A stretch of 64,000 bases of DNA from Patescibacteria group bacterium. Its GTDB lineage: Bacteria; Patescibacteriota; Minisyncoccia; Portnoybacterales; UBA2143. The stretch is taken from contig JAHJSM010000001.1 of the NCBI GenBank assembly GCA_018830295.1, positions 65,980-129,979 on the forward strand, written 5' to 3'. A model generated the notes under the pieces. The model made no database searches, had not been told where the DNA came from, and saw only the letters and a program-made list of their open reading frames with translations. Shown in pieces: positions 35,921 through 46,825 of the stretch (position 1 is the stretch's first letter; each line of letters begins with the position of its first letter). A program made the position numbers and the translations under genes.

Positions 35921-36861
35921 TGAAAAAATATTCTTTTTTAATCGGCATCATAATTTTTATTTTAATAATCGCCCGATTAGATTTCCGCGAACTGATTATT
36001 GTTTTAAGCGATATCAATTATTTTTATCTTTTTTTAGGGTTTCTGTTGTTGTTTCCTATAATAACGACCAAAGTTTATCGTTGGAATTATTTAATGAAAA
36101 AGCAGAATATTAATTATTCTTTTAAGGAAGCTCTTTTAATGTACGGTTCTGGAATGTATATAGGAATTATTACGCCCGGCCGCGTAGGCGACTTTACCAA
36201 AATCGCTTATTTAAAAAACGACCATTGCTCTTTGGGAAAATCGGCCGTAAGCGTTATTTTAGACCGAGTGTTTGATTTGCTTTTTTTAGCGATATTCGGT
36301 TATCTGGGTCTTTTTTTATTTTTTTCGCTTTTTAAGAATCTTATTTTTATATTAACTTTCATTTTAATTTTTGGTTTAATTTTATTAATTATCTTTTTAA
36401 GGACTGACTCCCATAAAACGCTTCTTAAAAAAATGTTTAATTTAATAGTTCCCGTTAAATATCAAAATTCATGGAGAGTCAATTTACGGGACTTTATTAA
36501 CGGATTAAAGGTTTACAAAGTTTATAATTATCTGTTTGTCTTTTTAATCACTGGTTTTTCTTGGTTGATTTATTATTTCCAAACATTTCTTTTGATTAAA
36601 AGCGTTCATATTAATAACATTTCTTTTCTGTACGCGTCTGTCGCCATAAGCATCGTCGGATTAGCCGGTCTTTTGCCTATTTCAATTTTGGGGGTGGGCA
36701 CCCGAGAAGCTATTTTAATTTTGCTTTTTTCGTTTTTTTCCATTAGTCAGGAAACAACTGTCAGTTTTGCTCTTTTAACCTTATTAATAGCCGTCTCAAC
36801 TGGACTAATCTGCTCTATCTGCTGGTTGATTAAACCTATCCAGTTTTCTAAAATATGTTAA
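35920..36861 (+). CDS. UPF0104 / lysylphosphatidylglycerol-synthase-TM-like flippase-like membrane protein
   Basis: 313 aa with 7-8 TM segments. The architecture is typical of LPG_synthase_TM proteins that accompany GT2 genes. Confidence 0.5.
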   Translation: MKKYSFLIGIIIFILIIARLDFRELIIVLSDINYFYLFLGFLLLFPIITTKVYRWNYLMKKQNINYSFKEALLMYGSGMYIGIITPGRVGDFTKIAYLKNDHCSLGKSAVSVILDRVFDLLFLAIFGYLGLFLFFSLFKNLIFILTFILIFGLILLIIFLRTDSHKTLLKKMFNLIVPVKYQNSWRVNLRDFINGLKVYKVYNYLFVFLITGFSWLIYYFQTFLLIKSVHINNISFLYASVAISIVGLAGLLPISILGVGTREAILILLFSFFSISQETTVSFALLTLLIAVSTGLICSICWLIKPIQFSKIC

Positions 36862-37727
36862 ATAATCTCTCAAAAATACTTTGTTCGAAAGATTATAAAA
36901 TTATAGATGGTGTTTTTGTTTTTGAGAAAGAAAAGATTAAAGAATACAAAATTCTTGAAAAAGCGCCATCCGACAATCCATTTAAATATTCTCTTCATTT
37001 TTGGCTTTATAAGAAATATTTAAGGAATTATTTAAAAGCAAAACCTAATGATTTAATCTTAGACATCGGTTGCGGAATAGGACACTCCTTGGATTATTTA
37101 AGCCGATTTTCAAATAATTTAGTCGGCATAGATACCGACCTGACTTCTCTGCTCTACGCGCGAAAAACAACTCAAGCCAAATATGTTTTAACCAAGGCGG
37201 AAAAACTACCATTCAAAGACAATACTTTCGACAAAATAATCAGTTTTAATGTTTTAGAGCATATTAATAATGACCAAGAAGCCATCAAAGAAATGAGAAG
37301 AGTCGCGAAAAACGGAGCAGAAATATTAATTTGGGTCCCATCTCTTGAAGGACCAAGAACAGATTCAAAATTAAAAAAATTAATGCACGAAGAAGAAAGT
37401 GGCGACGAAAAACATTTCAGAGATGGCTATTATATGAACGACCTTAAAAAACTTTTAATTAAAAATGGTATTGAAGTTATAAAGTCCCGTCATACTATAT
37501 TTCTTTTTGCCGAACTTTTCACGGAACTGACTAAATTTTTTTATTCAAAGAAACAAAAAAAATACCAGCGTCAAACTGATATATTTAATGTCACGGAAAG
37601 CAAACTTTTTGCTTTTTACAAAACAATTATGCCCCTAATAGCGCGAGTCGCGTTATTAGAAGATTTTTTATTTTCTTATTCTAAAAAAGGACATGCCTTG
37701 GTGGTTAAAGGAATAGTTAATAAATAA
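36855..37727 (+). CDS. class I SAM-dependent methyltransferase
   Basis: 290 aa. LDIGCGIGHSL (motif I), FDKIISFNVLEHI and a post-motif region are present. Confidence 0.65.
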   Translation: MLNNLSKILCSKDYKIIDGVFVFEKEKIKEYKILEKAPSDNPFKYSLHFWLYKKYLRNYLKAKPNDLILDIGCGIGHSLDYLSRFSNNLVGIDTDLTSLLYARKTTQAKYVLTKAEKLPFKDNTFDKIISFNVLEHINNDQEAIKEMRRVAKNGAEILIWVPSLEGPRTDSKLKKLMHEEESGDEKHFRDGYYMNDLKKLLIKNGIEVIKSRHTIFLFAELFTELTKFFYSKKQKKYQRQTDIFNVTESKLFAFYKTIMPLIARVALLEDFLFSYSKKGHALVVKGIVNK

Positions 37728-37728
37728 T

Positions 37729-39447
37729 TTACTTAACTAAATTCATTAGCCACCCCTTGTTCGCGGAAACTTCTATTTCTATTGGTTCAATTGAATTAGA
37801 AGCAATACTTATAACATCACTATAATTAGTGATTTTTTTATTTAATTCGTCGCTATATCCTAAAATATATTTCACTCCGAATTTTTCAAAGGCCTCGTTC
37901 AATTTGTTTTCTTCCAATAAATCCTCTACTGTTTTTTCTTGAAACGAAATAAGGGACTTATCTGTCATATAGTTCAAGTTATTTATTTCTGACGGATTTA
38001 AATTAACAGCAATAATATCTTCATCAGAAATATTCATCTTTTCTATCTCTTGAGCGTATGACTTAATTACTAAGTTAGTATTATGGTCATAAATATTATT
38101 CCAAACAACATGACCAACCAAAACAAAATTATACGAAACCAACATCACAATCACCGCATAGACAACAATTAATTTTTTGCCTTTTAATCCAAAATAATTT
38201 GCGATAGCTTCGGATAAAGATAATATTCCTAAGGTAATTAGTAAAGACAAAGCCCAGCCAAAATCCATTAAATGTGACCTGCTCACTAAAACAGCATATG
38301 AGAAAATAAGAATGGAGGAAATAATCCAATAGAAAATAAAATAATACAAATCCTTATTTTTTCTTCTAATCGCGGCTCCACCAATTAAAATTAGAAGAAA
38401 AACAAAAGCGCCGCCAATACCTTCTAATGAAAAGAATTTTGATATGTGTTTTGATAGCATCATTGTTCCAACCATTAATCTGTCAAACGGATTAATGCGG
38501 CCAAAAGCCAAATTGCTCATATTTTTTTTAAAGTATACTTCGCTTGATAAATCAAGTTCATTATTTTCTATTTGATTTTGAATGTTTCCTATAAATTCAT
38601 CAAACTTAAAATGATAGGTGTATGGGTCAGGAAAAAGATGTCCGTATGAAGCAAAATCAGAGGATTTAGTTTCTTCCGATGTCTCCGTAAATAGAAGTTT
38701 TATATTCGTATTTTCTGTCGCGCTCGGCAGCCAAAAAACAGCGAAGATAATTACAAAAGGAATAAGAATATATGTTAGGGCTAATTTTTTTTTGTAAAAC
38801 AATAAATAAAAGAATAAAAACGGAACAATCAATAAAAATGTCTCTTTAGACAATCCAGCTAAAGCCAAAAACACTCCCGAAATAACTAAATAAAAATAAT
38901 TTTTATTTTCGTTTGTCCCTAAAAAGTAAAACAAGAAAAACAAAGATGAAAAGAATAAGGCAAACTCATAATTACCGAAATAATACGGCAATTGCCAATT
39001 AAATGGTATGAAAACATAAATTAGAGAAAAAATTAAAGCTGTTTTAATATTAAATAAATAAAGAACAACTATTGTGAATATTAATAAAGTTAAAGCATGG
39101 ATAATAACAGATAACAACAGAAAACGACTCTCGCTTGGAAAACCCGTAAATTTAAAAACTTCAGCGTAAGAAAAAGAAGTCAGTTTGTTGCCAAATCTTG
39201 AAAGATGTCCTTCTTCTTCAACCAAATTTGAAGAAAGCAACACATTCAAATCATTCTCTATTGAAAAAGAATCAACCAAATAAAGGTTTCTGGCAATCAA
39301 CGCGTTGGGAGAAACAGTGTAAGCCGTATATCCCTTAAATAAAGCTGGAGCGCGCCAAACAACCACTGCCGAAACAAACACGGCCGCCAAAAATAAGCCA
39401 ACAAGTAAAAAATGTTTAATTTTGCTATTTAAAATTTTTTGTGACAT
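37729..39447 (-). CDS. polytopic membrane protein, putative GT-C-fold glycosyltransferase or polymerase
   Basis: 572 aa. There are about 11 TM segments and a C-terminal ~130 aa soluble domain, as in ArnT/PMT-like proteins. Confidence 0.4.
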   Translation of the reverse strand: MSQKILNSKIKHFLLVGLFLAAVFVSAVVVWRAPALFKGYTAYTVSPNALIARNLYLVDSFSIENDLNVLLSSNLVEEEGHLSRFGNKLTSFSYAEVFKFTGFPSESRFLLLSVIIHALTLLIFTIVVLYLFNIKTALIFSLIYVFIPFNWQLPYYFGNYEFALFFSSLFFLFYFLGTNENKNYFYLVISGVFLALAGLSKETFLLIVPFLFFYLLFYKKKLALTYILIPFVIIFAVFWLPSATENTNIKLLFTETSEETKSSDFASYGHLFPDPYTYHFKFDEFIGNIQNQIENNELDLSSEVYFKKNMSNLAFGRINPFDRLMVGTMMLSKHISKFFSLEGIGGAFVFLLILIGGAAIRRKNKDLYYFIFYWIISSILIFSYAVLVSRSHLMDFGWALSLLITLGILSLSEAIANYFGLKGKKLIVVYAVIVMLVSYNFVLVGHVVWNNIYDHNTNLVIKSYAQEIEKMNISDEDIIAVNLNPSEINNLNYMTDKSLISFQEKTVEDLLEENKLNEAFEKFGVKYILGYSDELNKKITNYSDVISIASNSIEPIEIEVSANKGWLMNLVK

Positions 39448-39448
39448 T

Positions 39449-40357
39449 TTATTTTGTCGCTTTCTTTATTCCTTGAACGCGATAATAATCTAAAATTTTG
39501 ACATAAATTATTTTGGGCAAGGGAATAAGCAACTTATCTAAAAAACAAATAATTTCGGTCGTTAAAAACATTATTGGCTTACTAAAAATAAGTTTTTTAA
39601 AAAATAATCTTATCGGATTCTTAGTTTCTTTATATTTAGACTTATATTCAAGTGCTGGGATTTTTTGAGCAAGAATAATAGATGATTGTCCTTTGTTAAA
39701 CATTGTTTTTTGATAACTCTTAAAATTAATTGGATGATTGTGATAAGCGACTGCCTTTTTATTAAAAACTGTTCTCATCCCATTTTTAAATAATCTATAT
39801 CCCAATTCTGAATCTTCGTAGGCGGCATACGGAAATTCTTCGTCAAATAATTCTGTTTTTTCTAAAAATTTTTTACGAATAGAAACATTAGAGGTATAAA
39901 AATATCCCCAATCAACATTGTTTTCATCGTTAATAGACGGATAAGCGAAATGATAATCGGTAATATATTTTCTAAAAGGAGTTATTCTGATTTGAGGCGC
40001 CCATTTAGTATAACCCAAAACTGATATATTCTCATTTGCTGTTCTGTGAATATTAATATGTTCCTCAAGTAAATTTTCTGAAGGAATTATGTCATCTCCT
40101 GTGAAAAAAATAATTTCGTTTTTTGCTTGTTTGATGCCAAGATTTCGAGCGCTGGCAGGACCTTTATTCTGTTGGAAAATATATTTTATTTTGAGAGACA
40201 AATTTATCCCTTTAACAACCTCCTCTGTCCCATCAGTGCTTCCATCGTCCACAATAATAATTTCAAAATTTTTGTATGATTGTCGAGAAAATGCTTTAAG
40301 CGTTTCAATTAAAGTATCTCTTCTATTGTAAGTTGGGATAACTACACTTAATTTCAT
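39449..40357 (-). CDS. GT2 glycosyltransferase
   Basis: 302 aa. LSVVIPTYNRRDTLIETLKAFSRQSYKNFEIIIVDDGSTDGT and a DDI motif are present. Confidence 0.75.
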   Translation of the reverse strand: MKLSVVIPTYNRRDTLIETLKAFSRQSYKNFEIIIVDDGSTDGTEEVVKGINLSLKIKYIFQQNKGPASARNLGIKQAKNEIIFFTGDDIIPSENLLEEHINIHRTANENISVLGYTKWAPQIRITPFRKYITDYHFAYPSINDENNVDWGYFYTSNVSIRKKFLEKTELFDEEFPYAAYEDSELGYRLFKNGMRTVFNKKAVAYHNHPINFKSYQKTMFNKGQSSIILAQKIPALEYKSKYKETKNPIRLFFKKLIFSKPIMFLTTEIICFLDKLLIPLPKIIYVKILDYYRVQGIKKATK

Positions 40358-41442
40358 TAATATTCACCTTTAATAATTTTGAAAATCATTTTTGGGCTTA
40401 AATAAATATTTGGAATTTGGTAGCATGAATGCGCGCAATAACATTCTTTTTTTCTAATTGATTTTCTCATTCTTTTTGCTTCTTCTGATTGCCAGATTTC
40501 AGTCAAATCATAATCAAATTCTCTTAAGTTGCCAATTTTTTTTCTGTTTTCGCAAGGGTAAACATTACCCAAGGCGTCAACCACTGGATAAAAAGCGGAT
40601 ATGCGGCAAGAGATAATTTGCTTTTTTTTTCTCAAAATATCCAAAGATAATCTGTGATAAATCGGAATAATCACTCTTTTATAAAAATTATTTTCGTTTT
40701 TATTTTCTTTTTTTAATATCTCTACAACTTGGGCAAATTTGTTCAAATCCGCTTCCTTTACTTTACTTTGATTATAATCCCCTCTCAATAACTCTAATCC
40801 GCCATAAATATCCGCCTCTGGTAGATTGTTTTCAACATATTTTACTAAATCAACAACTTTATCAATGTTTAAGTTAAAAACCGTCGTACATATTCTTAAT
40901 CTTAATTTTGAATATTTTTTCTTTAATTTAGACAGCCCCCTATAGGTTTCCAAGAATTTTTCAAAATTACCTTCAATTCCCCTAATTTTATCATGGTCCT
41001 TGCCAATGCCATCCAATGACAATCCAATCTTAACTCCGCCCTTAAATCTATTTAATATTTCCTCTGTTTTGGTTAAAATTTTATCAACCGATAAACAGTT
41101 GGTCGGAATAGCCACCATCTTAATATTGTTGTTTCTATTAAAACAACCAACGATTTCCACTAAATCATCCCGTAAAAATGGCTCGCCGCCCCCGATAGTT
41201 ACGGTATGCAAATCACCCAATTTTTTAGTAAATTTTTCTATCTCTTTTAGGGTCAACTCTTTATCTATGTCTTTGTTTAAAATTTTCCAATTAAAACAAG
41301 TAACACAACGAGAATTGCAAACATTAGTTATTTGAAAAATCAAACTATAAAAAGGTTTGGATCTCCCAGGCAAAGACCTCAAAAAAAACTTTATATAATC
41401 TGGATTATTTTTATAAAAACTTAACAATGGTCTAAAATTCAT
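40357..41442 (-). CDS. radical SAM protein with C-terminal SPASM/twitch-like Cys cluster, copy A
   Basis: 361 aa. CNSRCVTCFNW (C-x3-C-x2-C) and IGGGEPFLRDD are present. The C-terminal Cys residues are CRISAF..PCE...CYCAHSC. It shares a start/stop nucleotide with GT2 39449..40357 and overlaps GT2 41432..42421. Confidence 0.65.
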   Translation of the reverse strand: MNFRPLLSFYKNNPDYIKFFLRSLPGRSKPFYSLIFQITNVCNSRCVTCFNWKILNKDIDKELTLKEIEKFTKKLGDLHTVTIGGGEPFLRDDLVEIVGCFNRNNNIKMVAIPTNCLSVDKILTKTEEILNRFKGGVKIGLSLDGIGKDHDKIRGIEGNFEKFLETYRGLSKLKKKYSKLRLRICTTVFNLNIDKVVDLVKYVENNLPEADIYGGLELLRGDYNQSKVKEADLNKFAQVVEILKKENKNENNFYKRVIIPIYHRLSLDILRKKKQIISCRISAFYPVVDALGNVYPCENRKKIGNLREFDYDLTEIWQSEEAKRMRKSIRKKECYCAHSCYQIPNIYLSPKMIFKIIKGEY

Positions 41443-42421
41443 AAATGCGCTTTTTAATTATTTTTAACATATACCACGGCGTCCAAACAAGAACCGTCCA
41501 CAAAAATTGAGGAGTAAAAATGAAAACGAATCTAATTAAAAAAGTAATCTTATACTTAAAATTAGCATGTCTTATATAAAAGATAAAGCGGTTTCTGTAA
41601 TGCCTATATTTTTGTCCATTAACATTAGACAAATATCGTCTAATTATTTTTAGGTAAATTTTAATTCTTGCGATTATTTTTTTATTCTCAATCTGCGACA
41701 TTAAATCATCTAAAAAAACATGACTAGCCGTAGCTGACTTAATGTGCCAAACGCCACCAAATGGAATATAGAGAACTTGATAGCCGGCTTTTTTTGCTTT
41801 TTGACACCAATCAGCATCTTCATAAAAAGCAAAGAACACATCATCTAATAATCCAATCTTATCCACTACTTCTTTTTTAATCATTAATGAACAACCCGTA
41901 ATAAAATCGACTTCTTTTTTTGAATCGCCTATCAATTCTTTGTCTGTTAATCCTCTGCCCAAATGGAAACTATCGCTCTTTGCCCAATCTATTTTCCCGC
42001 CAGCAAACCAAATTTCATTTGGCTTGTCCATGAAGTATATTTTTGGACCAACGATGCCCATCTCCGGCGAACTTTCTAACTCCCCAACCAAAACCTCAAT
42101 TAGTTTTGAATGAATTTTTGTGTCATCATTCAATAAAAAAAGAATTTCTCCTTCTGCCTGTTTTATTCCTTCATTATTACCCCCTGTAAAACCTAAGTTT
42201 TTTTCTTTTTTAATCAACCTGACTTCTGGAAATTTTTTACTAATCAATTCTGGCGTTCCATCTTTTGAACCATTATCAACCACGATAATTTCATAATTTG
42301 GATAAGTTGATTTAAGAACCGATTCAAGACAATCAGAGACATGCCGGATGCCATTCCATGTGACAATAATAATGGATACTTTAGGATAATTTTTCATTTT
42401 TAAAAATATTTCTAACAACAA
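41432..42421 (-). CDS. GT2 glycosyltransferase
   Basis: 329 aa. VSIIIVTWNGIRHVSDCLESVLKSTYPNYEIIVVDNGSKDGT and a DDT motif are present. Confidence 0.75.
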   Translation of the reverse strand: MLLEIFLKMKNYPKVSIIIVTWNGIRHVSDCLESVLKSTYPNYEIIVVDNGSKDGTPELISKKFPEVRLIKKEKNLGFTGGNNEGIKQAEGEILFLLNDDTKIHSKLIEVLVGELESSPEMGIVGPKIYFMDKPNEIWFAGGKIDWAKSDSFHLGRGLTDKELIGDSKKEVDFITGCSLMIKKEVVDKIGLLDDVFFAFYEDADWCQKAKKAGYQVLYIPFGGVWHIKSATASHVFLDDLMSQIENKKIIARIKIYLKIIRRYLSNVNGQKYRHYRNRFIFYIRHANFKYKITFLIRFVFIFTPQFLWTVLVWTPWYMLKIIKKRIYEF

Positions 42422-43700
42422 AAAGATGTAACGCCAAAAAGAAAGCAGAACAAAAAATTAAGGATAAAATCACGGCCATTAGAGCGCTATAAATTTTCAC
42501 TAAAATAAATATCAACAAAGCCATTACCGCCACATGGAAAATATTGAGTATAATGGAAATTTTCATTTTATTGACCGTTCTATAAAAAGCGCTCAAACCG
42601 ACGCTAAAACCGGAAAAAATAATTAAAACAGCCAAATAATACACTATCTGGATACTGTGAATATACTCCATCCCATAAAAAAATTTAATTAGATAAGGAG
42701 CTAAAATAATAAAAGGAATAATCAACAGAGCAGAGATAAAACCCGAATAAAAAACTGTTTTGTAAAAATGGTTTTTTAGAGTTTGTAAATTATATGTCTT
42801 AGATTTCGGCAATTGAACAGTCAAAAGACGAGCAACTGGCTCCAAAAGCATTGAGGGAATAGCAATATATCCAAAAGCAATTTTAAAATAACCTACTTCC
42901 TGAACAGAAGCAAAAATACCTAAAAATATAACTGGCAAAATAGAAATAAGATTACCTATATTCTTATCCAAGGCAATTGAAAAACCAAAATTAAAATATT
43001 TCTTTAATCTTATTTGCTTGAAATTAGAAAATATTTGTCTAAAGGTTGGTAAAAGCTCGTCTTTCTTAATTAACGAAAAATAATAGATGATAGATAAAAT
43101 AAAAAGAACAAGAGCAGATATAAAATTACCCCAAACCACTCCAAGCAAACCCCAGCCCAATAAAACAAAAACGATGGGCAACAAACTATAAATGAATTTA
43201 TTAAAGGTCTCTAAAATTGTTAACTCTTTAATTCTGCGAAGAACCTGTAAAACAATTATAAGAAAATTATAAATAACACTCAAAAAAGTAGCTAATAAAA
43301 CCATTCTTGCCCAATGGCCTATCTGACTATTATGATAAAGCAAATTAGTTAAAAAGGGGGCTAAAAAAACGCTTAGTATCCCTACCGCGCCAACAGCCAA
43401 AAGAGTAATTTTTAAAAAATAAGTCAGAACATTCTTAATTTCCTGTTTATCCTTTTTAGCATAGACCCCAGCCAAAAGCGTCAAACCAGCATACATTCCG
43501 CCCCAATTCATAAAAATTCCAACTAAACCAACAAAAGCAAAAATCAAGCCGTAAATTCCATATAATTCAGGACGCAACAAACGAGCCAAAACAACAGAAG
43601 TAGATACGCTCAGAAGAATAGAAAAAAACTTACCCACCTGCAAAATACCGACATCTTGGACAAATGATATTTTAGTAAAATCTTTAAATTTAGAAATCAT
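42381..43700 (-). CDS. Wzx-like oligosaccharide flippase (MOP superfamily polysaccharide biosynthesis protein)
   Basis: 439 aa with about 12 TM segments. The N-terminal VVLARLLRPELYGIYGLIFAF pattern is typical of Wzx. Confidence 0.55.
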   Translation of the reverse strand: MISKFKDFTKISFVQDVGILQVGKFFSILLSVSTSVVLARLLRPELYGIYGLIFAFVGLVGIFMNWGGMYAGLTLLAGVYAKKDKQEIKNVLTYFLKITLLAVGAVGILSVFLAPFLTNLLYHNSQIGHWARMVLLATFLSVIYNFLIIVLQVLRRIKELTILETFNKFIYSLLPIVFVLLGWGLLGVVWGNFISALVLFILSIIYYFSLIKKDELLPTFRQIFSNFKQIRLKKYFNFGFSIALDKNIGNLISILPVIFLGIFASVQEVGYFKIAFGYIAIPSMLLEPVARLLTVQLPKSKTYNLQTLKNHFYKTVFYSGFISALLIIPFIILAPYLIKFFYGMEYIHSIQIVYYLAVLIIFSGFSVGLSAFYRTVNKMKISIILNIFHVAVMALLIFILVKIYSALMAVILSLIFCSAFFLALHLFVVRNIFKNEKLS

Positions 43701-43713
43701 TTTTCGGTCTTCA

Positions 43714-45735
43714 TTAAATTACTTTCCACAGAAAATATCCTTCTTTTTCAAAAATTAATTCAAATAAATCAGGTCTTCCTTTTATTGTGTTAAAAAAATC
43801 TTGCCAAAAAGAACGATGCGCGTTTTCGGTGATATATTTAATATCATTTTTTTGGAAAAGATCATAAATTTCTTGAGCCGTTAAACTGTTGCAAGGCCGC
43901 AAATCATTAGTAACGCGGTAAAGAGTGTGACTATCCGGACCAACTACCTTGTAATTATGGTACCACGCCAAATAAGTGGGGAAAGCCACATAAATATAAA
44001 AATCCTTATTATCACCCTCTATTTCTTTAATTTGACTGGCGACTTCGGGCAAAATGCCATACGCTTCCATTTTAGGAAAAACAAACTGCTTATGATTTAT
44101 AAAAAACATTAAAGCCAACCCAAAAGTATTGATAATTAACAAAATAACAATATATCCGATAACTAACTTTCGTAAAAGTATCCCTTCAAATCGCTGTAAA
44201 TATCTCCAAGTTAGAATAACAAGAATTAAAAATAAAATAGGCAGCCAAATATTGAGCCAACTAATTTGAATTGTGCTTATAGTAACTAAATAAGAACAAA
44301 ATATCAACAAAAAGAGATATGAACAATATTTCTTTTTAGACAATAAAAAATAAAAAAAGAGCGACAACACTATTGCCATAGCCAACCTGTGTTCGTAGAT
44401 GAATTGGCTGAAAACAAAAAAAATGTTTAATGATTTTTCGAAAAGAGCGATAAAATAACTTTTAGATGAATATACCTCCGTTCTTAATATCCCCAAAAGC
44501 GCCAAAAAAAAGAAAAAAGACGAAAGAACTCTTGATTTAAGATGTTCTATGCCAATTAAGCCATAAATTACTAAAATCCCTAAAACTGGATACAAATAAC
44601 GAGTAATCGCGCCTGGGGCAAGAAAAAAGAAATTTGTTAAAAATAAAAATAGCAAAATTAGAAACATATATTGAATTTTCTTCTTTTTCCAAAATCCATA
44701 AAAAGAAAAAAGAACAAAAGGAAAAACAAACAAAAATTCCTTGGCAATAAATCCAAATCTAATAAATATATTATTAAAAGAAGACGGGGTGTATAGAGCA
44801 TACGACGCGCTCGCGGCTTTAATCAATTCATAATACCGCCCTCTAAATAATTCGTTAAAAAAGGCCGCCATCGGATTATCGTAAATAATATAATTTCTAG
44901 CAAGCCAAAAAATAATTGGCAAGAAAATGAAAACAGAATAAGACCAGAAATACTTTCTAATTGCTTTGTCTTTAATGATTATTAGAAGTAACGGCAATAC
45001 TAAAAACAAACCAGTAAATTTTGAAGCAATAGCTAAAACCGAACTAAAAAGCATTAAAAAGAAATAAAATAAATTATTGCTTTGTTGATACTTTTCTAAA
45101 TAATAGAAAAAAGCAGTAAAGAAAAATATAATTAGCGGTTCTTGAATGAGATCCCATCCGTATTTTATTGTCACAGGATTAACCAAAAAAAGCAGAACAA
45201 CAAAAATAAGATATTTTTTAGTTATCCCACTTTCTCGCGCCCATTGATATAACAAAAGAGCCGTTGCCGCCATAAAAAAAAGTGGCACAGCAAAGACAAA
45301 GATTTCTTTAAACGGCAAAAAAACAAAAACTGTTGCGAACAAAAGCGGCAAGAACGGCATCCGACAATTTATAAAAGAGGGGATATTCAATAAAAAGTCC
45401 GGCATTTTACCTTGTAAAACAATTTCCCTTGCCCAAGGCAACCAATAATTCAAAGCATCTCCGGTAAAATATCCCTTAAACAAGAAAAAACCAATAAATA
45501 GTAACGGAACGAAAATAAAAAAATAAAGATAATATTTAGAAAATACAATCCGGCGGTGAAAAACAAAAACAAAAAAAACAGCTACCAAAAAAACCGCGCT
45601 TATCCAGTATTTATTAAATAAGCCCGACAAACTTAGAAACAACAAAACAGAAAAAAGATAATAAGACAAAACAACAATTAGATCTATAAGATCAATTTTA
45701 ATTGTTTCCGAGAAATATTTTTTTATTTTATCCAT
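43714..45735 (-). CDS. large polytopic membrane protein, putative GT-C glycosyltransferase/polymerase with C-terminal periplasmic domain
   Basis: 673 aa. More than 14 TM segments are followed by a ~170 aa soluble C-terminal domain. Confidence 0.4.
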   Translation of the reverse strand: MDKIKKYFSETIKIDLIDLIVVLSYYLFSVLLFLSLSGLFNKYWISAVFLVAVFFVFVFHRRIVFSKYYLYFFIFVPLLFIGFFLFKGYFTGDALNYWLPWAREIVLQGKMPDFLLNIPSFINCRMPFLPLLFATVFVFLPFKEIFVFAVPLFFMAATALLLYQWARESGITKKYLIFVVLLFLVNPVTIKYGWDLIQEPLIIFFFTAFFYYLEKYQQSNNLFYFFLMLFSSVLAIASKFTGLFLVLPLLLIIIKDKAIRKYFWSYSVFIFLPIIFWLARNYIIYDNPMAAFFNELFRGRYYELIKAASASYALYTPSSFNNIFIRFGFIAKEFLFVFPFVLFSFYGFWKKKKIQYMFLILLFLFLTNFFFLAPGAITRYLYPVLGILVIYGLIGIEHLKSRVLSSFFFFLALLGILRTEVYSSKSYFIALFEKSLNIFFVFSQFIYEHRLAMAIVLSLFFYFLLSKKKYCSYLFLLIFCSYLVTISTIQISWLNIWLPILFLILVILTWRYLQRFEGILLRKLVIGYIVILLIINTFGLALMFFINHKQFVFPKMEAYGILPEVASQIKEIEGDNKDFYIYVAFPTYLAWYHNYKVVGPDSHTLYRVTNDLRPCNSLTAQEIYDLFQKNDIKYITENAHRSFWQDFFNTIKGRPDLFELIFEKEGYFLWKVI

Positions 45736-45804
45736 TGTTTCATCTCTTCTTATTCTAATTGAATTGTGGACAAAAAGCCAGAAAACAGATAGAATGGGAT
45801 AAGA

Positions 45805-46488
45805 GTGAATTTAATAATTATGAACCCTTTCGTAATCATTCCGGCTTGCAATGAAGAGAAAACCATATCTCAAGTTATTGAGGGGGTTAGAGAATATACT
45901 GAAAATATTATTGTTATTGACGACGGATCAAATGATAGCACTTATGAATTGGCTCGCAAATCAACCCAAAACATTCAAAACGCCGTTGTCTTAAGACATA
46001 ATGTCAATTTAGGAAAGGGCGCCGCGCTGAAAACAGGATGCCAAGCGGCAATTCAATTAGGTTCCGAGGTAATTGTTTTAATAGACGCCGATGGTCAGCA
46101 CTCTCCTGCAGACATACCAAATTTGGTCAAGAAACTACAAGAAGAAAAATTAGATATTGTTTTTGGGTCAAGAAAAATCAATAGAGAAATTCCTTTTGTA
46201 AGGTTTTTAGGAAACAGATTTTTAACTAAATCAATAAACTTCCTTTCATGTGTGTCAATAACTGATACTCAATCAGGATTTAAAGCATTCAGGTCTGAAA
46301 TTTACCCAAAGATCGCATGGACATCAAGTGATTATAGAGCTGAAACAGAAATGATTATTAATGTAGGGAAAAATAATTTAAAATACGGGCAAACACCAAT
46401 TCAAACAATTTACAAAAACGCTCATAAGGGCGCGACTATTATTGACGGGATAAAAATATTTTTTAATCTTTTGAAGTGGAAGTTATAA
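45805..46488 (+). CDS. GT2 glycosyltransferase (DPM1-like, soluble)
   Basis: 227 aa. VIIPACNEEKTISQVIEGV...IIVIDDGSNDST and DADGQH are present. Confidence 0.7.
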   Translation: MNLIIMNPFVIIPACNEEKTISQVIEGVREYTENIIVIDDGSNDSTYELARKSTQNIQNAVVLRHNVNLGKGAALKTGCQAAIQLGSEVIVLIDADGQHSPADIPNLVKKLQEEKLDIVFGSRKINREIPFVRFLGNRFLTKSINFLSCVSITDTQSGFKAFRSEIYPKIAWTSSDYRAETEMIINVGKNNLKYGQTPIQTIYKNAHKGATIIDGIKIFFNLLKWKL

Positions 46489-46492
46489 TTTT

Positions 46493-46825
46493 ATGATTTT
46501 AGGAATTCAAATTATAGGAATCATTTTCGGCCTTTTAATGATTTATTTTAGTTTTCTGCATTATAAGCGCCAAGAATTTAGCAAGATTCAATTTTTGTTT
46601 TGGGAGATTGTTTGGGGCGTATTTATCTTAATTGTTGTTTTTCCAAAAATAACCAATGGCATTGTTCATAAAATGGGCGTAAATAGAGCGATGGATCTGC
46701 TAACAATTTTAGGGCTTATGTTTATCACCTTTATGACTTTCTATAATTACACTTCAATTTATAGGCTTAAACAAAAATTAGAAGAAAAAGTCAGAAAAGA
46801 AACCTTGAGAGAATTAGACAAATGA
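46493..46825 (+). CDS. small 3-TM membrane protein, DUF2304-like partner of the preceding GT2
   Basis: 110 aa. Its position and size fit the GT2+DUF2304 pairs I recall. Confidence 0.45.
   Translation: MILGIQIIGIIFGLLMIYFSFLHYKRQEFSKIQFLFWEIVWGVFILIVVFPKITNGIVHKMGVNRAMDLLTILGLMFITFMTFYNYTSIYRLKQKLEEKVRKETLRELDK

Noticed and set aside
40357-41442. Radical SAM/GT2 pairs considered as RiPP (sactipeptide or glycocin-like) maturation cassettes
   Set aside because: No plausible precursor peptide ORF was seen nearby. The glycan-locus context is more parsimonious, though this possibility is kept open in the findings.
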